DNA of 33,885 nucleotides from Desulfosoma sp. (lineage in GTDB: Bacteria > Desulfobacterota > Syntrophobacteria > Syntrophobacterales > DSM-9756), in the NCBI GenBank assembly GCA_037481835.1, contig JBBFKW010000022.1:1-33885 (forward strand). The letters are read 5' to 3'. Below are positions 8,621 through 19,646 of this stretch, piece by piece. A model generated the notes under the pieces. That model was not told the DNA's origin. It saw only the letters and a program-made list of their open reading frames with translations, and did no database searches. Both the position numbers and the translations under genes were made by a program. The first letter of the stretch is position 1, and each line of letters begins with the position of its first letter.

Positions 8621-10582
8621 TCAGCGCTCCTGGAGGAGGCGGTCCACGGGGAGGTAGACGGCGCCCATGCGGCGGGCGATTTCATAGGCGCAGCCGCCGG
8701 CCATGGGATCCAATTCCGTGTCCACGAAGACGGCCTGGATGCCGTGGCGCCGGACTTCTCGGGCGTAATGAAAGGTTTCGTCCACGGGATCCGCCCCGAA
8801 GGCGCTCATGTTGGGCCGCCCGTCGGAAAAAAGGAGCATGACGGGGACGGTTTCCGGGTTCTTGCGCTTTTCCTGCACGAGGAGCCGAAGGCCGAGATGG
8901 AGCCCCAGGGCGAGGGGCGTTCGGCCCCCGACGGGCAGCGCGTCCACGGCCGATGCGGCATCGCGGATGTTGTGGGTGATCGGCAGCAGGACTTCCGCCG
9001 TCGTGTGCCGGAAGGTCACAATGCCCAGTTTGTCCCGCCGCAGGTAAAGATCGCGAAGGAGGGCGTCGATCACCCCTTTGGTGATGGACATGCGGTCGTT
9101 ACTGCGCATGCTGGCGCTGGAATCCACGACCAGGACCAAGGAAAGGCCCGTCTTGCGCGAGCGCTTCCGAAGCCGGATGTCCTGAGGCAAAAGAATGGGC
9201 CGGCCGTTTCCGTTTCCGTGATGCCGAAAAGGCTGATAGGGGGCGGCGGCCCGAAGGGTTCCCAGAAGGGAGAGGTGGGCGGCGTCTTCCCCGGATGCGG
9301 GGTGCCGAACGCCGTAAACCGTTCCCGAATGCTTGGAAAGCGGAAGCGAAAACCGCCGGCCGGGATGGGTGCCCGGATCGATCCGGTGCCACGGCATGGA
9401 GGCGATCACGGTGCGGCTCGTGGGACAAAGATGCGTCACGCATTCCACGGGCGATGCGTACGTTTTTCCGGTGCCGGAGCTTTTCGGCACATTGTGATGC
9501 ACGGGGACCCAGGGCTGCACGTCCCCGGATCCCGCGCCCGTTTCCGACTGCAGGAGATCCTTCAGTTTTCCTTCATCCAGATCCGCCTTTTCCAAGGGGG
9601 TTTTCTTCACCCGGTGCGGGAGCACGAGCCGGGCGGCCAGGTGGAGGTCATCCGCACAGACGGACTCCCGCCCTTCCAGAGCGGCGTTGGCGCGCGCCGC
9701 CTTGATCATGGCGATGTCCGCCCGATGGCCGTCCGTGCCCATGGCCAGGGCGATGCGGGAGGCGAGCTGGAGGAGCTCTTCCGTAAACCCGATGGTCAGG
9801 AGACGTTCCCGGGCGCATCGGATGCGTTCGGCGAGGGCGCGGTCTTCGGCGGCCCATCGGGATCGAAATCCTTCCGGGTCGGCTTCGAATTCCAGCCGGC
9901 GTTTCACGATTTCCACGCGGTCTTCCACCGAGTCGATCCCCCGGATGGTGACCGACAACCCGAAACGGTCCAGGAGCTGGGGCCTAAGGTCCCCTTCTTC
10001 GGGGTTCATGGTGCCCACGAGGATGAATCGGCTGGCGTGGCTGAAGCTGATCCCTTCCCGTTCCACCACGTTTCGCCCCGATGCGGCGGCATCCAAGAAG
10101 AGATCCACGATTTGGTCGTTCAGGAGGTTGACTTCGTCCACGTAAAGGATGCCCCGGTGGGCGTCGGCGAGCAGGCCCGGTTCGAAAGCCTTCTTTCCGG
10201 TTTTCAGGGCCTTTTCGATGTCGATGGTGCCGAGCAGGCGGTCTTCGGTGGTGCCGATGGGAAGATTGACGAGCCGAACCGGGCGTTCCACGACGGGAAG
10301 GGTTTCGCCGGACTCGGCCCGATCCCGGCACGACGGGCACCACTCGTCGGGGGCGTCCGGATCGCAGCGGAACGGACAGTTTTCCACGACCCGGATCGTG
10401 GGCAAGAGATCCGCCAGAGCGCGCACTCCCGTGGATTTGGCCGTGCCCCGTTCCCCCTTGATGAGGACGCCGCCGAGGGACGGGTCCACTACGTTGAGGA
10501 GCAGGGCCCGCTTCATGAGGTCTTGCCCGACGAGGGCCGAAAAGGGGAAAGTCCGTTCCGCTGCAGAGAGTCGTTTCGTCAT
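8621..10582 (-). CDS. Chelatase subunit, ChlI/BchI-type AAA+ domain fused to a vWA domain (ChlD/BchD-like; possibly cobalt chelatase)
   Basis: [58 protein letters not shown]; v[22 protein letters not shown]. Confidence 0.9.
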   Translation of the reverse strand: MTKRLSAAERTFPFSALVGQDLMKRALLLNVVDPSLGGVLIKGERGTAKSTGVRALADLLPTIRVVENCPFRCDPDAPDEWCPSCRDRAESGETLPVVERPVRLVNLPIGTTEDRLLGTIDIEKALKTGKKAFEPGLLADAHRGILYVDEVNLLNDQIVDLFLDAAASGRNVVEREGISFSHASRFILVGTMNPEEGDLRPQLLDRFGLSVTIRGIDSVEDRVEIVKRRLEFEADPEGFRSRWAAEDRALAERIRCARERLLTIGFTEELLQLASRIALAMGTDGHRADIAMIKAARANAALEGRESVCADDLHLAARLVLPHRVKKTPLEKADLDEGKLKDLLQSETGAGSGDVQPWVPVHHNVPKSSGTGKTYASPVECVTHLCPTSRTVIASMPWHRIDPGTHPGRRFSLPLSKHSGTVYGVRHPASGEDAAHLSLLGTLRAAAPYQPFRHHGNGNGRPILLPQDIRLRKRSRKTGLSLVLVVDSSASMRSNDRMSITKGVIDALLRDLYLRRDKLGIVTFRHTTAEVLLPITHNIRDAASAVDALPVGGRTPLALGLHLGLRLLVQEKRKNPETVPVMLLFSDGRPNMSAFGADPVDETFHYAREVRRHGIQAVFVDTELDPMAGGCAYEIARRMGAVYLPVDRLLQER

Positions 10583-10603
10583 GGTGCCCGGGGCTCTATC
10601 CTG

Positions 10604-11014
10604 TCAATGGTCGTCGCGTTGGCACAGTTCCACGAGGACGCCGCCGGTGGCCTTGGGGTGGAGGAAGGCGATGCGGGCGCCTCCGGCCCCTTTTCGGGGC
10701 GTCTGGTCGATGAGCAGCACGCCCTTCGCTTTCAGTTCTTCTAAGGCCGCGTCGATGTCGTCCACGCGGAAGGCGATATGATGCACCCCTTCGCCCTTTT
10801 TTTCAATGAACTTGGCCACGGGACCGTCGGGGGCGGTGGATTCCAGGAGTTCCACTTCCGTGTCGCCCACGGGGAAGAAGGCCGTGGTGACCTTTTGTTC
10901 TTCCACGGTTTCCCGGCCGTGGTCGGGCAGGCCCAGGAGGCCGTGGTAGATCTTGGCTGCTTCGTCGATGGATTTTACGGCGATGCCGATGTGGTCCACT
11001 TTGAGTACTCTCAT
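10604..11014 (-). CDS. mce: Methylmalonyl-CoA epimerase
   Basis: VDHIGIAV, VELLE, GEGVHHIAF, FLHPK..GGVLVEL; mutase operon context; SD GGAGG. Confidence 0.93.
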   Translation of the reverse strand: MRVLKVDHIGIAVKSIDEAAKIYHGLLGLPDHGRETVEEQKVTTAFFPVGDTEVELLESTAPDGPVAKFIEKKGEGVHHIAFRVDDIDAALEELKAKGVLLIDQTPRKGAGGARIAFLHPKATGGVLVELCQRDDH

Positions 11015-11072
11015 GGGGATCCTCCTTGGTGAGTGGGTTGGTGGTTGGTTGATCGTTCGAAAAAAGAAAATT

Positions 11073-11721
11073 CACCGCAGAGACGCAGAGGGCTCAGAGG
11101 CAGGGGCGCACGGTCCGTGCGCCCCTGCAGGCGCTGTGGCGCTGAGACGCCGCCACAGCGCCCGGCCCCGCGCCTTCGGCGCAATCCGGCTTTCCCCGGC
11201 AGGGGAGAGCGCGGCCCCCGCCTGCGCCTTAGCCCCGGGTGGGGGTGAGCACGATGCGGTGGATCCCGTCTTTCAGCACGGGGGTGTTGAAGTTGATCAA
11301 AAGGCCCACGGGGCAGCCCGTGAGCCGCAGGTACGTGAGCACCTGGGCCGTGTGGATGGGTTCGATCCTTTCGCACGCTTTGAGCTCCACGATGACCGTC
11401 TCTTCCACCAGAAAGTCCAAGCGGTAGCCGCAATCCAGGGTTCGTCCCTTGTAGGCGAGGGGGAGCGGATGTTGGCGCCTGTAGGAGACACCCCGGAGGT
11501 TGAGTTCATGGGCCAGGCATTCTTCGTAGGCGGATTCCAGAAGGCCCGGTCCCAAGTGCCGGTGCACCTCAATGGCCGCACCGATGATCGCCGAGGTGAT
11601 TTCGTTGACTTCCATGGCGCCCCCTCTAACGGGAGGCGTGCGCGAAGCGCCGGCGCTTTGGGGCGCGGCGGCGTCTCAGCGCCGCGCCCCAAGCCTCTGC
11701 GGCCTCTGCGCCTCTGCGGTG
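11073..11721. mobile_element. Candidate GxxExxY nuclease cassette bounded by inverted structured repeats (copy B 11072-11182 +, copy C 11640-11722 -)
   Basis: Inverted 28-nt heads, conserved internal hairpins, AAATT direct repeat at 11068-11072 and 11722-11726; interrupts meaB-mce. Confidence 0.6.
11229..11615 (-). CDS. GxxExxY protein (PD-(D/E)XK nuclease superfamily)
   Basis: IIGAAIEVHRHLGPGLLESAYEECL (GxxExxY), YRLDFLVEETVIVELKA (D...ExK), QVLTYL, GLLINF; 128 aa; SD GAGGGG. Confidence 0.95.
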   Translation of the reverse strand: MEVNEITSAIIGAAIEVHRHLGPGLLESAYEECLAHELNLRGVSYRRQHPLPLAYKGRTLDCGYRLDFLVEETVIVELKACERIEPIHTAQVLTYLRLTGCPVGLLINFNTPVLKDGIHRIVLTPTRG

Positions 11722-11725
11722 AAAT

Positions 11726-12679
11726 TTATTCCTTGAGCCACCGAGCCAGCACGCCCTGCACGGCCCGGTAGGGGCTTTCCCGCTTTTCCGCGATGGCTTC
11801 CACCAGCGCGTCCAGTTCCCCGTCGGCTTTGAGCCGATCCCGAATGCGCCGGAACAGTTCCCCGTGGATCATCTGGAGCGTCTCTTCCCGGGCGCGGCGC
11901 CGCCTCTTTTCTTCAAGGGCGCCCGATTCTTCCAGAAACCGCCGGTGGGACCGGATTGCGTCCACCAGGTTGTCAATCCCTTGGTCTTCCACCGCCACCG
12001 TTTTCACCACGGGCGGGGTCCAGGGCCGTTCCCGAATGTGGGCGTCCTGTTCCACGCGGGTCGTCACTTCCGCGTAGAGCTGGTCCGCACCGGGCCGATC
12101 CGCCTTATTGATCACGAAAATGTCGGCGATTTCCATCACGCCGGCTTTCATGCTCTGGATCGTATCGCCCAGTCCGGGGACCAGGACGAGGCAGGTCGTA
12201 TCGGCCAGCCGAATGATGTCCACTTCGTCCTGGCCGACCCCCACCGTTTCGATGATGATGACGTCTTTTCCGAAGGCGTCCAGCACCTTGACGACTTCGC
12301 CCGTGGCCTTGGCCAAGCCCCCGAGGAACCCCCGCGTGGCCATGCTCCGGATGAACACCCCCGGGTCCGTGGAAAGGCGGCTCATGCGCACCCGGTCCCC
12401 CAGGACCGCACCGCCCGTAAAGGGACTGCTGGGGTCCACGGCGATGATCCCCACGGTGAAACCTTCGCGGCGCAGGGCGAAGGTGAGCTTGTCCGTCAGG
12501 GTGCTCTTTCCCGCTCCGGGCGATCCCGTGATCCCCACGATGTAGGCCCGGCCCGTGTGGGCATAGAGCCGTTCCATCTCCTTCACGGCGCGCTCGTCTT
12601 CGTCTTCCAGCCAGCTGATGAGGCGCGCCGCGGCTCGAGGCGATCCCGCCAAGACTTGTTCTGCGTAATCCTGACCCAT
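11726..12679 (-). CDS. meaB: Methylmalonyl-CoA mutase-associated GTPase MeaB/ArgK
   Basis: GITGSPGAGKSTL, AVDPSSPFTGGAVLGDRVRM, ETVGVGQDE, NKAD; SD GGAGGGG before ATG 12679. Confidence 0.95.
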   Translation of the reverse strand: MGQDYAEQVLAGSPRAAARLISWLEDEDERAVKEMERLYAHTGRAYIVGITGSPGAGKSTLTDKLTFALRREGFTVGIIAVDPSSPFTGGAVLGDRVRMSRLSTDPGVFIRSMATRGFLGGLAKATGEVVKVLDAFGKDVIIIETVGVGQDEVDIIRLADTTCLVLVPGLGDTIQSMKAGVMEIADIFVINKADRPGADQLYAEVTTRVEQDAHIRERPWTPPVVKTVAVEDQGIDNLVDAIRSHRRFLEESGALEEKRRRRAREETLQMIHGELFRRIRDRLKADGELDALVEAIAEKRESPYRAVQGVLARWLKE

Positions 12680-12689
12680 GACCCCTCCG

Positions 12690-13097
12690 CTAGTCGCGGC
12701 GGCGGACGTTTTGTTTGATGAATTCCACGATCTTGGCCGTGGGTGTTCCCGGGCCGAAGATTTCCGCCACACCGGCCTTTTTCAGCTCCGGGACGTCTTC
12801 CGACGGGATGATGCCGCCGCCGACGACGAGCACGTCGTCCAGGCCTTTTTCCTTCAGGAGCTGCACGACCCGGGGGAAGAAGTACATGTGCACCCCCGAA
12901 AGGCTGGACAGGCCCACCACGTCGGCGTCTTCCTGCAGGGCGGTTTCCACGATCATTTCCGGGGTTTGTCGAAGGCCCGTATAGACCACCTCCATGCCGG
13001 CTTCGGCGAAAATGCGCGCCAACAGCTTGGCGCCGCGGTCATGGCCGTCCAAGCCGGGTTTCGCCACGATGATCTTGATCTTTCTTTGTTCCGTCAT
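12690..13097 (-). CDS. Methylmalonyl-CoA mutase small (cobalamin-binding) subunit
   Basis: [11 protein letters not shown] (DxHxxG), SSL, GGGIIP, FGPGT. Confidence 0.95.
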   Translation of the reverse strand: MTEQRKIKIIVAKPGLDGHDRGAKLLARIFAEAGMEVVYTGLRQTPEMIVETALQEDADVVGLSSLSGVHMYFFPRVVQLLKEKGLDDVLVVGGGIIPSEDVPELKKAGVAEIFGPGTPTAKIVEFIKQNVRRRD

Positions 13098-13136
13098 GGC
13101 TGTCGCTCCTCCACTTTATTGACGCGAAACGGCACA

Positions 13137-13230
13137 GCGCTTCGCGAAGCGCACGTTCTTGGGGCTCGGCGGCTTATCAGCACCGCACCCCAAAGGAAGT
13201 TTCTCTGCGATCTCCGCGCCTCTGCGGTGA
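13137..13230 (-). repeat. Structured repeat copy D, solo, between the two mutase subunit genes
   Basis: Minus strand: TCACCGCAGAGGCGCGGAGATCGCAGAG (13230-13203); TTGGGGTGCGGTG-CTGATAAGC-CGCCGAGCCCCAA (13193-13159); GCGCTTCGCGAAGCGC (13137-13152). Confidence 0.85.
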
Positions 13231-13237
13231 ATATTCC

Positions 13238-14917
13238 TTACACGAATTCCTTCGGCCGGTATTCCCCGAAGATGTCCCGCCACACGTCGCAGATTTCGCC
13301 GATGGTGGCCCGCGCTTTCACCGCTTCGATGACGGCCGGCATGACGTTTTCATCGGATTGGGAGACTTCACGCAGTTTGTCCAATGCCGCCTTCCACTTG
13401 GCCTGATCACGTTCGGCGCGCAATTTCTTGAGCTTGGCCGCTTCGATTTCCCCCACCTTCATGTCGACTTTCAGGAGGTTGGTGGGTTCCGGTTCTTCCA
13501 TGGTGTACTTGTTGATCCCCACGTAGACCCGTTCCCCCGTTTCGATTTCTTTTTGGAACCGGTAGGCGCTGTCCTGGATTTCCTTCTGGATGTATCCCTG
13601 TTCGATGGCCGCCAGGGTTCCGCCCATGGCGTCGATCTTCTTGATGTATTCTTCGATGTCCGCTTCGATCTTGTCCGTCATGGCTTCCACGAAGTAGGAC
13701 CCGGCCAGGGGATCGATGGTATCCGTTGCGCCGCTTTCTTCCGCTACGATCTGCTGGGTGCGCAGGGCCACCGTAACGGCTTCCTGGGTGGGCAGGCACA
13801 GGGCTTCGTCGTAGGAATTGGTGTGGAGCGACTGGCAGCCGCCCAAGGCCGCCGCATAAGCCTGCAGGGCCACCCGGACGATGTTGTTCAGGGGCTGCTG
13901 GGCCGTGAGGGTCACACCGCCCGTCTGCACGTGGTAGCGCATCATCATAGATCGCGGGTCCTTGGCGCCGAAGCGTTCCTTCATGATGCGCGCCCACACG
14001 CGCCGCCCGGCCCGGAACTTGGCCACTTCTTCCAGGACGTTGGTAAAGGCGTTGAAGAAGAAGCTCAGGCGCGGGGCGAAGCTATCCACGGCAAGACCGC
14101 GGTCCACGCAGGCCTGCACGTAGGCGATGCCGTCGGCGATGGTGAAGGCCATTTCCTGGGCCGCCGTGGATCCCGCTTCCCGGATGTGATAGCCGCTGAT
14201 GGAAATGGTGTTCCACTTCGGCACGTGCTTGAAGCAGTAGTCGATCAAATCCACCGTGAGGCGCATGCTGGGTTTGGGCGGGAAGATGTATTGGCCGCGG
14301 CAGATGATTTCCTTGAGGATATCGTTTTGGACCGTGCCACCCACCTTGTCGAAGGGCACGCCCTGTTCTTCGGCGATGGCGAGATACATGGCGAGAAGCA
14401 CGGTGGCCGGCGCGTTGATGGTCATGGAGGTCGTGACCTTATCCAGGGGGATGCCGTCGAAAAGGATTTTCATATCGTCCAGGGAATCGATGGCCACCCC
14501 CACCTTGCCCACTTCGCCCATGGACAGGGGATGGTCGCTGTCGTATCCCGCCTGGGTGGGCAGGTCGAAAGCCACGCTCAGGCCCGTCTGACCCTGTTCC
14601 AAGAGGTAGCGGTACCTCTTGTTGCTTTCCCGGGCGTTTCCGAACCCGGCGTACTGCCTCATGGTCCAGAACCGGCCGCGGTACATGGTAGGCTGCACCC
14701 CCCGCGTGAACGGAAACTGGCCCGGGTAGCCCAGGTCCCGTTCGTAGTCCAGACCCTGGACGTCCAGCGGCGTGTAGAGCCGTTCGATGGGCGTTCCCGA
14801 AATGCTCGTGAAGACCGACTTGCGTTCGGGCGCCTTGGGCAGGGTTTTGGCCAGGATGGTTTTTTCCCAGTTGTCTTTTCCGGCCCGGATACGTTCCAAT
14901 TCCTTGTCGTCAAACAT
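13238..14917 (-). CDS. Methylmalonyl-CoA mutase large (substrate-binding) subunit
   Basis: PGQFPFTRG, WTMRQYAGF (Tyr typical of methylmalonyl-CoA mutases), GLSVAFDLPT, QNDILKE, ISISGYHIREAG, QSLHTNSYDEA; SD GAGGAGG. Confidence 0.95.
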   Translation of the reverse strand: MFDDKELERIRAGKDNWEKTILAKTLPKAPERKSVFTSISGTPIERLYTPLDVQGLDYERDLGYPGQFPFTRGVQPTMYRGRFWTMRQYAGFGNARESNKRYRYLLEQGQTGLSVAFDLPTQAGYDSDHPLSMGEVGKVGVAIDSLDDMKILFDGIPLDKVTTSMTINAPATVLLAMYLAIAEEQGVPFDKVGGTVQNDILKEIICRGQYIFPPKPSMRLTVDLIDYCFKHVPKWNTISISGYHIREAGSTAAQEMAFTIADGIAYVQACVDRGLAVDSFAPRLSFFFNAFTNVLEEVAKFRAGRRVWARIMKERFGAKDPRSMMMRYHVQTGGVTLTAQQPLNNIVRVALQAYAAALGGCQSLHTNSYDEALCLPTQEAVTVALRTQQIVAEESGATDTIDPLAGSYFVEAMTDKIEADIEEYIKKIDAMGGTLAAIEQGYIQKEIQDSAYRFQKEIETGERVYVGINKYTMEEPEPTNLLKVDMKVGEIEAAKLKKLRAERDQAKWKAALDKLREVSQSDENVMPAVIEAVKARATIGEICDVWRDIFGEYRPKEFV

Positions 14918-14951
14918 GATGACCCTCCTCGATCGCTTTCCGCGTTGGCCC

Positions 14952-15004
14952 AAAAAACGCCCGGGGCCGCCGAAGGGAAACGCCCCTTCGGGCCGGCGGG
15001 CGTT
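14952..15004 (-). terminator. Terminator-like hairpin plus U-tract in the leader of the mutase operon
   Basis: AACGCCCG/CGGGCGTT outer stem and CCGAAGGG/CCCTTCGG inner stem; T6 on the minus strand overlapping the stem base. Confidence 0.45.
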
Positions 15005-15191
15005 GAAAACGGTATCGGCGTGGAGACGTATTGACAAGAAAGGAAGACGACGCTACGGGCAAGGCAAGGCTAAGGGTGTGCGGCGTTTGGGGAGGAAAGG
15101 AGAAGCCCGTCACGTCTTTTGTCCCATCGTTTGCGCGGGAAAGGGAATCGACCGCTGGATAAGCCGCATGAACCTGCGCAGGAACGATTTT

Positions 15192-15220
15192 CTTATACCT
15201 TTTGATGCCGGGGGATGCAA
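15192..15220 (-). promoter_or_regulatory. Putative sigma70 promoter of the mutase operon
   Basis: Minus strand TTGCAT, 17-nt spacer, TATAAG. Confidence 0.55.
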
Positions 15221-15310
15221 GGGCCCACCGCGGGCAACGGCTCGAAATATCCCCGACTCTTACCCTGAAACCCATTTTTCATATCGACAGTTCTACGGAA
15301 GGAGACCGCC

Positions 15311-15670
15311 ATGGCAACGCTTCAAGGGATGATCGACGATCTCAAAAAACGGCTCGACCCCGCCGCAGTGGGCATGTTCGCGTGCCACAACGGGGTGGTG
15401 CGGGCGACGAGCCGCGACGGCCGTCCGGCCACGGCGCTGGATATCGACTGTGACCGGGACGCCTGGGACCGCGTACTGGCGGACGTGCGCTCCCGGCCGG
15501 GGATCGCCGCCGTGGAAGCCTACCTCCACACGGGCCGCCGGCAGGTCGGGGAGGATGTGCTCCTGGTGGTGGTGGCCGGGGACATCCGGGAAAACGTCTT
15601 CCCCGTGCTGGAAGAGGCCGTCAACCGATTGAAAAAGGAAGCCGTGAAAAAGAAGGAGTGGTTGGCCTAA
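15311..15670 (+). CDS. moaE: Molybdopterin synthase catalytic subunit MoaE-like protein
   Basis: GMFACHNGVVR, GRRQVGEDVLLVVVAGDIRE..F, LK...KKE; SD AAGGAG. Confidence 0.8.
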   Translation: MATLQGMIDDLKKRLDPAAVGMFACHNGVVRATSRDGRPATALDIDCDRDAWDRVLADVRSRPGIAAVEAYLHTGRRQVGEDVLLVVVAGDIRENVFPVLEEAVNRLKKEAVKKKEWLA

Positions 15671-15947
15671 CCCTTGAGGATCGGGCGAGCTTCCTTTCGG
15701 GCCGGAGGCCCCGCCCTTCCAGGGTTCCCCATCCCCCCGGCCGTGATGGCGAGAGACTCCAATGCTCGCGCCTTCCTGGAGAGACTTTCATACAAAATGT
15801 AGCGGCTGCGGCCCATTCGACTGGAGGGCCCGGCCGTCTTGAGGGAAAAAAGGGCCGGTTGGCGAAGGATTGAACCGGTTGGAACCCGCTGTCCCGTCAG
15901 GGGCGGACAGACGCTGGGAGTGGCCGAAGAAATCGAGGTCCCCAAGA

Positions 15948-16074
15948 GCCCTCTCCCCCCCGCAGGGAGGAGGCCGGCGTTAAGACCTGCCCTCTCCACC
16001 CCGCAGGGAGGAGGCCGGCGTTAAGAACTGTCCTCTCCCCCCCGCAGGGGGGGAGAGGGTGGGGTGAGGGGGGG
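15948..16074. repeat. 41-bp tandem repeat (x2) ending in a full CCTCTCCCCC-GGGGGAGAGGGTGGGGTGAGGGG palindromic element
   Basis: Units start at 15948, 15989 and 16030; same family as the repeats inside the UDG gene; abuts the mdh stop. Confidence 0.85.
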
Positions 16075-16076
16075 CC

Positions 16077-19146
<3,070 letters not shown>

Positions 19147-19192
19147 TTTGTGTCTCCTTTTGATTCGAGAAGGGGTCGCGAGGGGGACGTGG

Positions 19193-19402
19193 CTATCGGA
19201 CGAGGCGCATCTGCCACAGGCGCCTCATTTCCATCATGGACTGGCGTCCCGAAAGCGCCCAGGCGCTGAAGGGCGCCGTCGGTTTCGGGGTTTCGACTCG
19301 GGTGAGCGGCGGGGCTTCCGCCGCCGCCTGAGCCGCTTGGGCCTGGAGGTAATAAGCGACGGCCGCCGTGATGGCGGCGACGACTTTGGGCTGCACGTTC
19401 AT
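19193..19402 (-). CDS. Small carboxylase/decarboxylase accessory subunit (OadG C-terminus / epsilon-like)
   Basis: 69 aa, VVAAITAAVAYY...SAWALSGR; SD AGGAG; directly upstream of the carboxyltransferase. Confidence 0.65.
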   Translation of the reverse strand: MNVQPKVVAAITAAVAYYLQAQAAQAAAEAPPLTRVETPKPTAPFSAWALSGRQSMMEMRRLWQMRLVR

Positions 19403-19646
19403 GAGGGCTCCTTCTCTTGCGGCCGCGGCCGCTCCACCAATCCGTTTTCCAGGTTCGCCGCAAAAAACCTCAGGTCGGATCCTCGGGGTCGGCACCGCAG
19501 GTTGGGGTGAACGCCGCGAACCCCGTCACCCGGGCCTTCAACCGACACCCTCAGGCTCTCACCAATCTCAAAGACCCGGCTCGTAAGAACCGTGATCGCC
19601 ATAGGCCAAGGTCGTCACAAACCCGGGCCGCCCAACACCCGGTGCC

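Noticed and set aside
9440..9620. Programmed frameshift in the chlD-like gene giving a short ChlI product
   Set aside because: The ORF is continuous and I found no in-frame X_XXY_YYZ slippery site in the linker.
8576..10744. 722-aa plus-strand ORF (likewise 13358-15034, 17137-19269, 21414-22874, 23868-25331, 32141-33283)
   Set aside because: Antisense shadows of well-supported genes in high-GC DNA; no recognisable motifs.
11027..11054. Short (C)AACC-like heptamer repeats upstream of mce
   Set aside because: Only 3-4 degenerate units; cannot be distinguished from low-complexity sequence.
11130..11182. Hammerhead ribozyme suggested by CTGA in the conserved loop
   Set aside because: No CUGANGA plus GAAA core and no three-stem junction; CTGA sits in a terminal loop.
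14918..15037. N-terminal extensions in the ORF track (mutase 15037, meaB 12772, mdh 17087, mlaF 27464, mlaD 29292, MNT 33369)
   Set aside because: Downstream starts fit family lengths and mostly have better SD sequences.
14930..15190. Cobalamin riboswitch upstream of the mutase
   Set aside because: Conserved B12-element motifs are not visible on the coding strand.
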